DNA of 64,000 nucleotides from NCBI RefSeq assembly GCF_044324875.1, contig NZ_CP172185.1, one strand, 5' to 3'. The translations under genes were made by a program, and so were the position numbers. Shown here in pieces: positions 32,059 to 43,851 of the stretch. This DNA is from Escherichia coli (GTDB taxonomy: Bacteria; Pseudomonadota; Gammaproteobacteria; Enterobacterales; Enterobacteriaceae). Positions within the stretch are counted from its first letter, which is position 1. Each line of letters begins with the position of its first letter. The notes below the pieces were generated by a model, which did no database searches, was not told the DNA's origin, and worked only from the letters and a program-made list of their open reading frames with translations.

Positions 32059-32730
32059 TTAGCCTCTGACGATTTTAAGCGCCCATGCGCCACTCATAAT
32101 GACCAGCAGCACCAGACACATACCAAAAGCCAGCATACAAGCCTGAGCCATATTCATAAAATGCCATGGTGGTAGCAGATACCAGCCTTCAGATTGCTGA
32201 TACATTTCCACAAACCACTGTTGCGTGCTGCTCAGTGTGACGCCATCAGGAACGATTGGGGCGTCATAGCCGCAATCCCCGGTAGGCTTGAACCAATTTG
32301 GTGCCCACTGTGCCAGTGGCAGGTTAAAGGGAAAAGTTGGATCGGTAGAGCAACCCTGTACGCCAAACAGTGAATCGGGATCCGGATTATGTACTGCATG
32401 GTGGATATCGTTCAGTTTGAGCGAAAACTTCAGTCCCAAAATGCTGCCGTAAAATGCCATCACGCAGCCAATTAGCTTTAGGATGATGTTCTTTGGGTTG
32501 ATCGCTGCAACCAATCCTCCAATAACCATCACAAACATGGCGTAGCGAATGTATACACATTGCTCACAGGGTGCCATGTAGAGATAGATCTGGAAGAAAG
32601 AGTGCGCCAGGATAATTAACGCGCCCATCGCAATGGCCATTAACAACCACAAAAAACGTTGTTCTTGCCATCTTACCAGCGTATCCACCGGTGAAGTGCG
32701 AAGGTCTTTCCACATTCCCTTAATACCCAT
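32059..32730 (-). CDS. dsbI: DsbB-family membrane disulfide oxidoreductase, DsbL partner
   Basis: 223-aa membrane ORF with the CEQC motif; immediately downstream of dsbL. Confidence 0.85.
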   Translation of the reverse strand: MGIKGMWKDLRTSPVDTLVRWQEQRFLWLLMAIAMGALIILAHSFFQIYLYMAPCEQCVYIRYAMFVMVIGGLVAAINPKNIILKLIGCVMAFYGSILGLKFSLKLNDIHHAVHNPDPDSLFGVQGCSTDPTFPFNLPLAQWAPNWFKPTGDCGYDAPIVPDGVTLSSTQQWFVEMYQQSEGWYLLPPWHFMNMAQACMLAFGMCLVLLVIMSGAWALKIVRG

Positions 32731-32744
32731 AGCCTGTTTCCCTG

Positions 32745-33413
32745 TTATTTGCTTGCTAACTCGCGGATAAGGTCTGCCATTGAGTCAATAGATTTAATAC
32801 TCTTGGTGTAGATCAGGTATTTACCATTGACGACATACGCCGGAACGCCCTGGATTTTTGCAACTTCATAAGAGGCTTTCCATTTTTCCAGTGTTTCTTG
32901 AACCGCTGGTTCTTTCAGTGCCGCTTCAAAATCCGCCTGACTCATACCTGCGGCATCCAGACCGGTTTTGATAAAAGCAGCCGGATCTTTACCATCAGAC
33001 CAGCGTTCTTTTTTGTCATGATAAGCCGCGTAATAAGCAAACTTGGCTTTCTTAAACTGAGAGTTAGCATCAAATAAGGAAATGCCTGCTGCTTTATCTT
33101 TATTGATCAAGACCGCAAAGACTTCGCTTGCTTGTTTGCCGTATTCACCTTTTGTTTCCAGATGGAATGGAGTAAAAGCAACGATATCTTTCACTTTTTC
33201 CGATACCGGACCGGTAACCGCTTTGTCGTACTTGTAACAGAACGGGCAGGCGTAGCTAAATACCTTAATCAGCGTTTTGTCGGCATTCGGAATAGGTTTT
33301 TCCAGAACCATGTAATCCGTGCCTTCGGTAAATGCAGAAGCGGTAAATGAAACAGCCAAAGCTGCGGTAAGCAGTATGGTTTTAAATAGTGATGAGATCC
33401 CTAATTTCGACAT
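32745..33413 (-). CDS. dsbL: Periplasmic thiol:disulfide oxidoreductase, DsbA paralogue
   Basis: 222-aa ORF with signal peptide and the thioredoxin-fold active site CPFC. Confidence 0.85.
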   Translation of the reverse strand: MSKLGISSLFKTILLTAALAVSFTASAFTEGTDYMVLEKPIPNADKTLIKVFSYACPFCYKYDKAVTGPVSEKVKDIVAFTPFHLETKGEYGKQASEVFAVLINKDKAAGISLFDANSQFKKAKFAYYAAYHDKKERWSDGKDPAAFIKTGLDAAGMSQADFEAALKEPAVQETLEKWKASYEVAKIQGVPAYVVNGKYLIYTKSIKSIDSMADLIRELASK

Positions 33414-33430
33414 TTTTATTCCCTTCTTAA

Positions 33431-35227
33431 TTATTTGAACATCTGTTGTGGACGGACTAACAGTGCACGATAGTGAGTCTGATTGGGTTTATCTGACAGC
33501 ACGTCGATTTCCACTTTCACTTCTTTGGTTTTGTAATCGATTTCGTTCAACTTACCGACGGTTGGCTGCCCGACATCGAACAAATGAATAGAACCACCGA
33601 AGCCAAACATGGTGTTACGGTCGGCTTGATATTCAATGATGGAGGTAATCGGGCTATAGAAATCGTAGCCACGTTCTTTACCGTATTCCCACACTTGCTG
33701 AACGGTGCCTTTCTTCTCATCAATCTTATATTCCACAAAGCGGGAGTATTTCATGGTTGGTAAGGCAGGTTGTTCCAGATGACGCCCATCGCCATTATCA
33801 AAAATGGTGAGCGTTCCTTTGCTGGAAATCCAGGCGGTATGCTGGGTGTAGGTAAAGTCGAAGTCTGAGTTTTCGCACAGGCCATTTTCGTTACAGGTAA
33901 TTGGCTTCCCGTTAGCATCAACCGGTTTCAGCAGCTTGCTGGCCAGCGGTTTTTCCCAACCTTTAGAGGGCGCAAGGATCCATTTCACTTGCTTATCACG
34001 ACCAATTTTCACAACACCCTGGTGGCGAGAGGAGAGGATGATTGAGTCATCTTTTGCGTCATAGGCGATTGAGTTAACGTGCGCCCAGTTACGACCTGGC
34101 CCTACACCCAGCGCGTCGCCGAACGGTGTATCTGGTTCCAGTTTTGCCTGTTGTCCTGCATGGGCAAGGTCAACGTTAACGCAAACTGCACCTGCATCCA
34201 GCGCGCCGAGCAGTGCATCGCGTTTCGGATCGAGGATCTTGGTCAGATCCCATACATCGACAACGCGACCAGATTTATCGACTTCGAGGATATGGTCACG
34301 AATGGTGGTGACGTGTACGCCGTCATCGCGACGGTAATTGCTCTTACCTACGCGCAACAATACTGTGCCATTAGGCGTCTCAATGGACTCATGAGTGGCG
34401 TCAGCAAATCCGCGCGGTAGTTTGTGATCTTCGAGCACCTGCCCCATCATGTCGAACTCGTACCAGTGCTGACCTTGTACAGCGGTAAAGGTGCCGCGTG
34501 GTGTTTCGCGGATACCCATCAGATAACCACGCTTGTTGATATCGCGGTCACGACCATCGTAGAAGGTGTTTTGATCCAACCACCAGCGGTATTCGCCTTC
34601 GGTATCGACGATAAAGGTGAATGGCGCGATATCAAAAGGGAGTGCGCCAGTTGCCGGACCCGCATCAAGGATACCGGCATTTTTATCTTTCTCACCATGC
34701 CAGTGGAGATCGGAACCTTGGGCGGTAAAGGTGTGGGTATTAACCAGATAGAGGCGATCTTCAAAACCCGGTGCGACTTTAATAACTTTGGTCTGTTGTA
34801 AATCGGAGATAGAGCGGTTATCCATGTAATTATTGACGATGGCCGAAGTGTGCACCACATAATCATCTTTCATGACCTTGCCGTTTTCTTTCCACTCAAC
34901 GGTCACTTTGTTAGCAAATTTCTGATAAAGACCAAAAATCGGTACACCATCATAAGTTTTTAGTGATTCCTGACCCACGGGATAGCTGATTTCTACGCCT
35001 TTTTCGCCCTTCCCATGGACGGTAACTTTGACATCAGAAATGACATGGCTATCTAAGTCAACCAAAGCGGTCAGTGGTGCATTGCCGTAGGGATCGACAA
35101 TGACCGCACCCAGTTGCCCGGCAGGTGGTGCGGGTTTAAAACCTGCTGCCATCACCCCCGGTGCTGACAAACCCAGAGTTATCGCCACAGCTCCGGCTAC
35201 CAGAGTTTTTCTATATTTATCAAACAT
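33431..35227 (-). CDS. assT: Periplasmic arylsulfate sulfotransferase
   Basis: 598-aa ORF with signal peptide and beta-propeller-like arylsulfotransferase sequence; first gene of the assT-dsbL-dsbI block. Confidence 0.88.
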   Translation of the reverse strand: MFDKYRKTLVAGAVAITLGLSAPGVMAAGFKPAPPAGQLGAVIVDPYGNAPLTALVDLDSHVISDVKVTVHGKGEKGVEISYPVGQESLKTYDGVPIFGLYQKFANKVTVEWKENGKVMKDDYVVHTSAIVNNYMDNRSISDLQQTKVIKVAPGFEDRLYLVNTHTFTAQGSDLHWHGEKDKNAGILDAGPATGALPFDIAPFTFIVDTEGEYRWWLDQNTFYDGRDRDINKRGYLMGIRETPRGTFTAVQGQHWYEFDMMGQVLEDHKLPRGFADATHESIETPNGTVLLRVGKSNYRRDDGVHVTTIRDHILEVDKSGRVVDVWDLTKILDPKRDALLGALDAGAVCVNVDLAHAGQQAKLEPDTPFGDALGVGPGRNWAHVNSIAYDAKDDSIILSSRHQGVVKIGRDKQVKWILAPSKGWEKPLASKLLKPVDANGKPITCNENGLCENSDFDFTYTQHTAWISSKGTLTIFDNGDGRHLEQPALPTMKYSRFVEYKIDEKKGTVQQVWEYGKERGYDFYSPITSIIEYQADRNTMFGFGGSIHLFDVGQPTVGKLNEIDYKTKEVKVEIDVLSDKPNQTHYRALLVRPQQMFK

Positions 35228-35677
35228 GGATATATCTCCTTATATAACGCAAATATATAATAATGATGAATATCGACTGTTGAGGTGGTGCTAATAAATT
35301 TGTTTTGTGAATTAAAATGTATTAATAATAATCGTTATGAATATTTTTACTGGTTTTAGATTTTTTGTATTTCTCTGTAACAAATATTTTCTTTTGGTCG
35401 ATACTAGGTGGGCAATATATCAATAACAATATTCAATATTGTGTAGTGTGATCCCAGCGACATTGTTTTTTAATTATTAAATCTATTTTTGATGCGGTGT
35501 TTGATATAAATAAACTTATAAAACAATAGGTTACAAAGTGATTTTATTGATTAATTTAATTACAGTATCGCTTACATATGACGATTTAATATTAAATTAG
35601 GAATTAATGTTAAATAAAAGTGATGGATGTGATTGATTATATATAGATGGGGGTGATGATTTGCGAAGTATAATAAA

Positions 35678-35698
35678 TTGCCCCGGTAAACGGGGCAA
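35678..35698 (-). terminator. Rho-independent terminator after ygiC
   Basis: TTGCCCCG-GTAAA-CGGGGCAA hairpin with a U-rich tract on the minus strand. Confidence 0.6.
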
Positions 35699-35710
35699 TA
35701 TTGAACAGTA

Positions 35711-36871
35711 TTACTCAACAAAAATATGCGGATAAAACCGAGACATATCCTGGGTGATCAACGCACGGTCTTCACGAATGCCAATTCCGGCAGGTTGATC
35801 GTTCACCAGCCAGCTACCAATCAGCATATAGCTGTCGCCGAATTTCGGTAACGGGTGGAATTGCTGAACAATCATCCCTTCTTCGCCATACGGACCTTCC
35901 GCTGCTTCAATGGTTTTGCCGTTCTCAATGATCGACACGTTTGCGCCTTCACGGGAGAAGAGCGGTTTAACCACATATTTTTCCATTTGCGGATGATCAT
36001 CTTCCGCAAAATAAGCGGGCAGCAGGTTCGGGTGATTCGGGAACATCTCCCACAACAGCGGTAGAAGCGCTTTGTTGGAGATAATGCTCTTCCACGCCGG
36101 TTCCAGCCAGCGTACGCCTGCATCCTCCAGCTTGGTGGAGAACATCTCACGCAGCATAAATTCCCACGGATACAGCTTGAACAGGTTAGAAATCACCTGA
36201 TCTTGTAAATCCGTGAACTGACCTTTTTCGCCTAAACCGATATCGTCGATGTAGAGGAATTCAGTAGCGATTTCAGCTTCTGTCGCGCAGTCCTGCAAAT
36301 ACTGGATGGTTCCGCGATCTTCCACCGTGTCGCGACAGCAGGTGAGATGCAGCAACTGGAAGCCATACTGTTCACGCAACTCGACAAAGCGATCGATTAG
36401 CTTTTCTTGCAGACTGTTAAACTGGTCGCTGCCTTCCGGCAGGTTACCGGCGTTAAGCTGATCTTCCAGCCAGATCCACTGAAAGAATGCGGCTTCATAC
36501 AGTGACGTTGGCGTATCGGCGTTATTTTCCAGAAGTTTAGGTTCGCCAGTACCATCCCACGCCAGATCAAGACGCGAATAAAGCGATGGCTGGTGAGTCA
36601 GCCATGACTGGCGCACAAAACTCCAGGTGTGTTTTGGAATGCGGAATTTGGTCATCAGCTCATCGCTGGCGATCACTTTTTCAACCACTTTCAGGCACAT
36701 CTGGTGCAGTTCGGCGGTGACTTCTTCCAGCTTTTCAACCTGGGCGAGGGTCAACTTGTAGTAAGCATCTTCACACCAGTACGGTTCGCCGTACATGGTG
36801 TGAAAATTGAAACCGTATTCGTGGGCTTTTTCGCGCCAGTCCGGGCGCTCGGTAATACTGACTCTTTCCAT
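35711..36871 (-). CDS. ygiC: ATP-grasp enzyme related to glutathionylspermidine synthetase
   Basis: 386-aa ORF with GspS-like synthetase-domain similarity; last gene of the tolC-ygiB-ygiC string. Confidence 0.9.
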   Translation of the reverse strand: MERVSITERPDWREKAHEYGFNFHTMYGEPYWCEDAYYKLTLAQVEKLEEVTAELHQMCLKVVEKVIASDELMTKFRIPKHTWSFVRQSWLTHQPSLYSRLDLAWDGTGEPKLLENNADTPTSLYEAAFFQWIWLEDQLNAGNLPEGSDQFNSLQEKLIDRFVELREQYGFQLLHLTCCRDTVEDRGTIQYLQDCATEAEIATEFLYIDDIGLGEKGQFTDLQDQVISNLFKLYPWEFMLREMFSTKLEDAGVRWLEPAWKSIISNKALLPLLWEMFPNHPNLLPAYFAEDDHPQMEKYVVKPLFSREGANVSIIENGKTIEAAEGPYGEEGMIVQQFHPLPKFGDSYMLIGSWLVNDQPAGIGIREDRALITQDMSRFYPHIFVE

Positions 36872-36876
36872 CGGTA

Positions 36877-37548
36877 TCAGCCACCCATTGAACGAGAAGA
36901 GGTGCCGGTTGCGCTACGCTGCATAGTGCTTTGTTTGGCAACAGATTCACCAAAACCGCCACGAGTAACGGTGGTGGTGGTTGCCGGTTTTGGTGCCATT
37001 GCCGTCTTCGGTACGGTCATGGTGCGGCCTGGCTGGGCTGCGCCATAGTTTTTACCGGTCGCGTCGGTATATTTACCGTAAGCCGGGCTGGCCGGGTTTT
37101 TCGAGGAGAACAGCGGCTGCTGTGCAAATCCCGCGCCGCCGCCCATCAGACGACCCATCATGTAACCGGCCATCAGCGGCATCCAGAAACTCCCGCTGGA
37201 TTGCTGGGCCTGCGCCTGGTTTTCTGGTGCCATGCCAGCCTGGGCTGGTGCCTGCTGGCACTGACCTTCACCAAATTCAGCAACACAGTCTTCACGGGTG
37301 GCGTATTTCGGCGCAGTACGTTCGGCTTCTTTCAGCGCATTGTTGTACGCGGTGGTACATTCGGCGCTTTTGCCTGGGTTTGCAGCTGAACAGTCGTCAG
37401 CATTTTGATAGAGAGACACTGTTTCATCACTCTTTTCACAGCCAGCCAGCATAAAAACAGTGGCAACCGCGAGAGCGACTGGTGTCAGATGGCGTGCGCT
37501 CCAGTTTTTGCGGAACGATGCGTGGCGTATGGATTTTGTCCGTTTCAT
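36877..37548 (-). CDS. ygiB: DUF1190 lipoprotein
   Basis: 223-aa protein from the ATG at 37548 ([12 protein letters not shown]...) with a lipobox-like LAGC; the track ORF extends 11 codons further upstream. Confidence 0.85.
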
Positions 37549-37669
37549 TTTTGTCTTCCGGGACCAGTGGTAAATACCCATCAGAATAGAGGATGGCTGG
37601 TCGAAATTGAAGCGAGAAGGGGGAAGAATGCGGCAGATAACCCGTATCTTTACGTTGCCTTACGTTTAG

Positions 37670-37689
37670 ACGGGGCCGAAGCCCCGTCG
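37670..37689 (-). terminator. Hairpin between tolC and ygiB (probable partial terminator)
   Basis: GACGGGGC-TTCG-GCCCCGTC perfect stem immediately after the tolC stop. Confidence 0.45.
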
Positions 37690-37695
37690 TAGTCA

Positions 37696-39177
37696 TCAGT
37701 TACGGAAAGGGTTATGACCGTTACTGGTGGTAGTGCGTGCGGATGTTTGCTGAACGACGGGTGCCGGGCTATCAGGCGCATAACCATCAGCAATAGCATT
37801 CTGTTCCGGCGTTTGCGGGGCAACGTTTTCCGGATTAGTGGAAACCGGTTTGCTCAGCGCATTGTTCAGTGCCAGCAGATCCTGCTCGTTCAACGTACCC
37901 AGGGCTGACTTAATATTCAGCTGATTAATCAGGTAGTTATAACGCGCATTCGCCAGCTCTTGCTTGGCGTTGTACAGCGTGGTGGTCGCATCCAACACAT
38001 CAACAATGGTACGCGTACCGACCGAGTAGCCCGCTTCCATCGCATCTAATGAGCTTTGAGCGGAAACTACGGCTTGTTTGTAGGCGTTAATGCTACTGAT
38101 AGAAGCATTAATGTTGTTGAAGGAGGAACGTACGGTTTGCACGACGCTACGATGGGCGCTTTCCAGTTGCTCACTGGCACCAACAAAGTTGTACTGGGCC
38201 TGTTTCACCTGCGAGTTAACCATTCCGCCCTGATAAATCGGCAGCGAGAAGCTCAGGCCAACTTTGTTCTGGCCCATATTGCTATCGTCATACTGGGTAC
38301 CAGCGGCACCTCGGGTTTTCGAACCGCTATATGAGGTGTCAGAAATCCCGGTAGAAGCCGTTAAATCCAGAGTCGGTAAGTGACCATCCTGCGCCTGGCG
38401 AATTTGCTCGCGCGCCAGGTCCTGGCTCAAGCGCGCCTGTAACAACGACAGGTTGCGTTTTTCGGCTTCTTTCAGCAGCGCGTTAACCGGCTGTGGTTTG
38501 TCGGTTTTAAAGTTTTCGACATTCAGCGCCGCCAGTTCCGGATAGTAGTTACCGGTGATCTGGCGCAGCTGCTCTACCGCGTTATCAAGGTTATTACGTG
38601 CGGTCACTTCGTTCGCCAGCACGGTATCGTACTGTGCGCGGGCGTTCTGCACGTCAGTGATCGCTACCAGGCCCACGTTAAAACGTTGGGTGGTTTGATC
38701 TAATTGACGGTAGATCGCTTCTTTTTGCGCCTGTGTATAGGAAAGAACGTCAATAGCATTCAACACGTTGAAATAAGCGGTCGCGGTGTTGAGGATCAAG
38801 GTTTGTTGATCGGTCTGATACGTGACGTCCTGAATCCCAGCTGCTTTTTCCTGCAGCGTTAACGCACGCCATTTCGACATATCAAAAATGGATTGAGTTA
38901 ACTGCAGGGACGCACTGGTCGCGTTAGAGTTGATGCCGTTCGCGTCGCGGTAGCCGTTGCTATAGGTGTAATCTGCACCTAAACCTAGCTGTGGCAGTAA
39001 TGGACTGCGCGCTTCATTAATTTTTTCAAAGGCAGCATCACGATCGGCGGCAGACTTACGCAATTCCGGGTTACTAAGGCGTGCTTGCTGATAAACTTGC
39101 ATCAGGTTCTCGGCCTGGCTCAACGAACTGAACCCAGAGAGGCTCAGGCCGATAAGAATGGGGAGCAATTTCTTCAT
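37696..39177 (-). CDS. tolC: Outer-membrane efflux channel TolC
   Basis: 493-aa protein from the ATG at 39177 (MKKLLPILIGLSLSGFSSLSQA signal peptide); the track ORF has 13 extra upstream codons. Confidence 0.97.
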   Translation of the reverse strand: MKKLLPILIGLSLSGFSSLSQAENLMQVYQQARLSNPELRKSAADRDAAFEKINEARSPLLPQLGLGADYTYSNGYRDANGINSNATSASLQLTQSIFDMSKWRALTLQEKAAGIQDVTYQTDQQTLILNTATAYFNVLNAIDVLSYTQAQKEAIYRQLDQTTQRFNVGLVAITDVQNARAQYDTVLANEVTARNNLDNAVEQLRQITGNYYPELAALNVENFKTDKPQPVNALLKEAEKRNLSLLQARLSQDLAREQIRQAQDGHLPTLDLTASTGISDTSYSGSKTRGAAGTQYDDSNMGQNKVGLSFSLPIYQGGMVNSQVKQAQYNFVGASEQLESAHRSVVQTVRSSFNNINASISSINAYKQAVVSAQSSLDAMEAGYSVGTRTIVDVLDATTTLYNAKQELANARYNYLINQLNIKSALGTLNEQDLLALNNALSKPVSTNPENVAPQTPEQNAIADGYAPDSPAPVVQQTSARTTTSNGHNPFRN

Positions 39178-39249
39178 TTGCATTCCTTGTGGTGAAGCAG
39201 TATTTAGCGCGATCAAACTGTAAAATTATTGCGGATTCTAGCAGAAGCC

Positions 39250-39282
39250 GCTACCGCAAAAGGTTGGCGTTACGTGCCATAG
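39250..39282 (-). promoter_or_regulatory. mar/sox/rob box in the tolC promoter
   Basis: Minus-strand ATGGCACGTAACGCCAACCTTTTGCGGTAGCGG matches the tolC marbox as I recall it, about 80-110 bp upstream of the tolC ATG. Confidence 0.6.
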
Positions 39283-39381
39283 GGCGTTAATGTGCCTCAA
39301 TTTAACACATGACTGCTCAAACGGCAGTCAAACGTCGCTGAAATTCACATTTAATTCACTATTAGTGCCAGGACATTAACA

Positions 39382-40011
39382 ATGCTTAAGCCAGACAACC
39401 TGCCCGTTACATTTGGCAAAAACGATGTAGAAATTATTGCACGAGAAACACTTTATCGCGGCTTTTTTTCATTAGATCTTTATAGATTTCGTCATCGTCT
39501 ATTCAACGGGCAAATGAGTCATGAGGTACGGCGGGAAATTTTTGAGCGCGGTCACGCCGCAGTCTTGCTACCCTTTGACCCAGTGCGTGATGAAGTTGTG
39601 CTGATTGAGCAGATTCGGATTGCCGCGTACGACACCAGCGAAACCCCCTGGCTACTGGAGATGGTTGCCGGGATGATTGAAGAGGGTGAAAGTGTGGAAG
39701 ATGTTGCCCGTCGCGAAGCGATTGAAGAGGCGGGACTGATAGTCAAACGGACCAAACCGGTGTTAAGTTTCCTGGCAAGCCCGGGGGGCACCAGTGAGCG
39801 TTCGTCAATTATGGTGGGCGAAGTGGACGCCACGACCGCAAGCGGTATTCACGGTCTGGCTGATGAAAACGAAGATATTCGCGTTCATGTGGTAAGCCGG
39901 GAACAGGCATACCAGTGGGTAGAAGAGGGGAAAATCGACAACGCAGCGTCGGTCATCGCTTTGCAATGGCTGCAGCTGCATCATCAAGCGTTAAAAAATG
40001 AGTGGGCATAA
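39382..40011 (+). CDS. nudF: ADP-ribose pyrophosphatase (Nudix)
   Basis: 209-aa ORF with the Nudix box [22 protein letters not shown]. Confidence 0.93.
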
Positions 40012-40434
40012 ATGAAGCGTTACACACCTGACTTTCCTGAAATGATGCGCCTGTGCGAGATGAACTTTTCGCAATTGCGCCGTTTGTTGCCGCGCAATGA
40101 CGCACCCGGCGAAACTGTAAGCTATCAGGTGGCAAACGCACAATATCGGCTAACGATTGTGGAATCGACCCGATACACTACCCTGGTGACAATAGAACAG
40201 ACTGCGCCCGCGATCAGTTACTGGAGCCTTCCGTCAATGACGGTGCGTCTGTATCATGACGCGATGGTGGCTGAAGTGTGTTCAAGCCAGCAGATTTTTC
40301 GCTTCAAAGCGCGGTATGATTATCCTAATAAAAAGTTGCATCAACGCGACGAAAAGCATCAAATTAATCAGTTTCTAGCGGACTGGTTGCGATACTGTTT
40401 AGCACATGGAGCGATGGCGATTCCGGTTTACTAG
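40012..40434 (+). CDS. yqiB: DUF1249 protein
   Basis: 140-aa ORF starting one base after the nudF stop (TAAATG). Confidence 0.85.
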
Positions 40435-40458
40435 CGTCGTGAAACCTAAGGACACCAT

Positions 40459-41286
40459 TTGGAAAGCCTGTTAACCCTTCCTCTGGCTGGTGAGGCCAGA
40501 GTCAGGATTTTACAAATTACCGACACTCACCTGTTTGCGCAAAAGCACGAAGCCCTGTTAGGGGTAAACACCTGGGAAAGCTACCAGGCGGTGCTGGAGG
40601 CGATTCGGCCACACCAGCACGAATTCGACCTGATTGTCGCGACAGGTGATTTAGCGCAGGATCAATCCTCTGCGGCCTATCAGCATTTCGCTGAAGGCAT
40701 CGCAAGTTTTCGTGCGCCCTGCGTCTGGCTGCCGGGCAACCACGATTTCCAGCCCGCGATGTACAGCGCGTTACAGGATGCGGGTATCTCCCCGGCGAAG
40801 CGGGTGTTTATTGGTGAGCAATGGCAAATCCTGTTGCTGGATAGCCAGGTGTTTGGCGTGCCGCACGGTGAGCTGAGCGAGTTTCAGCTTGAGTGGCTGG
40901 AACGTAAACTGGCCGATGCGCCAGAACGCCATACGTTGCTGCTGCTGCATCATCATCCGCTACCTGCGGGTTGTAGTTGGCTTGATCAACACAGCCTGCG
41001 TAACGCGGGCGAACTGGATACCGTGCTGGCGAAGTTTCCGCACGTCAAATACTTGCTGTGCGGTCATATTCATCAGGAGCTGGATCTCGACTGGAACGGT
41101 CGCCGCCTGCTGGCAACGCCGTCGACCTGTGTGCAGTTTAAGCCGCACTGTTCCAACTTTACGCTGGACACCATCGCGCCCGGCTGGCGTACTCTCGAGT
41201 TACATGCTGATGGCACGCTGACCACCGAGGTGCATCGCCTGGCGGACACACGTTTCCAACCTGATACCGCTTCAGAAGGCTACTGA
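40459..41286 (+). CDS. cpdA: 3',5'-cyclic AMP phosphodiesterase (class III metallophosphoesterase)
   Basis: 275-aa ORF with GDLAQD and GNHD metallophosphatase motifs; start codon is TTG with SD AAGGA. Confidence 0.92.
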   Translation: MESLLTLPLAGEARVRILQITDTHLFAQKHEALLGVNTWESYQAVLEAIRPHQHEFDLIVATGDLAQDQSSAAYQHFAEGIASFRAPCVWLPGNHDFQPAMYSALQDAGISPAKRVFIGEQWQILLLDSQVFGVPHGELSEFQLEWLERKLADAPERHTLLLLHHHPLPAGCSWLDQHSLRNAGELDTVLAKFPHVKYLLCGHIHQELDLDWNGRRLLATPSTCVQFKPHCSNFTLDTIAPGWRTLELHADGTLTTEVHRLADTRFQPDTASEGY

Positions 41287-41867
41287 TGTCTACGCTTCTT
41301 TATTTACACGGTTTCAACAGCTCGCCGCGCTCTGCAAAAGCGAGCTTGTTAAAAAACTGGTTGGCGGAACATCACCCTGACGTAGAGATGATCATTCCGC
41401 AGTTGCCGCCGTATCCTTCCGATGCGGCAGAACTGCTGGAATCCATTGTCCTGGAACATGGCGGCGATTCGCTGGGTATTGTCGGTTCGTCACTGGGGGG
41501 ATATTACGCCACCTGGTTGTCGCAATGTTTTATGCTGCCCGCAGTGGTGGTCAACCCGGCGGTGCGCCCGTTTGAACTGCTGACGGACTATCTCGGTCAG
41601 AACGAGAACCCCTACACCGGGCAGCAATATGTGCTAGAGTCACGCCATATTTACGATCTCAAAGTCATGCAGATTGACCCGCTGGAAGCGCCGGATTTGA
41701 TCTGGCTGCTGCAACAGACGGGAGATGAAGTGCTGGATTACCGCCAGGCGGTGGCGTACTACGCTTCCTGCCGCCAGACTGTCATAGAAGGCGGCAACCA
41801 CGCATTCACGGGCTTCGAAGATTATTTCAACCCGATCGTCGATTTTCTTGGTCTGCACCATCTCTGA
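41286..41867 (+). CDS. yqiA: Esterase YqiA (alpha/beta hydrolase)
   Basis: 193-aa ORF with the GSSLGG nucleophile elbow; start overlaps the cpdA stop (TGATG). Confidence 0.9.
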   Translation: MSTLLYLHGFNSSPRSAKASLLKNWLAEHHPDVEMIIPQLPPYPSDAAELLESIVLEHGGDSLGIVGSSLGGYYATWLSQCFMLPAVVVNPAVRPFELLTDYLGQNENPYTGQQYVLESRHIYDLKVMQIDPLEAPDLIWLLQQTGDEVLDYRQAVAYYASCRQTVIEGGNHAFTGFEDYFNPIVDFLGLHHL

Positions 41868-41892
41868 CGATCAACTCGAATTGCTAACTTAA

Positions 41893-43788
<1,896 letters not shown>

Positions 43789-43816
43789 TAATCCTCCCGC
43801 CAGAAGAATAAAACAT

Positions 43817-43850
43817 AGCCCGGTATACAAGTGTATACCGGGCTTTTTTG
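43817..43850. terminator. Bidirectional rho-independent terminator between parE and the TonB-dependent receptor gene
   Basis: 12-bp perfect stem AGCCCGGTATAC / GTATACCGGGCT with 4-nt loop, then TTTTTT. Confidence 0.8.
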
Positions 43851-43851
43851 A

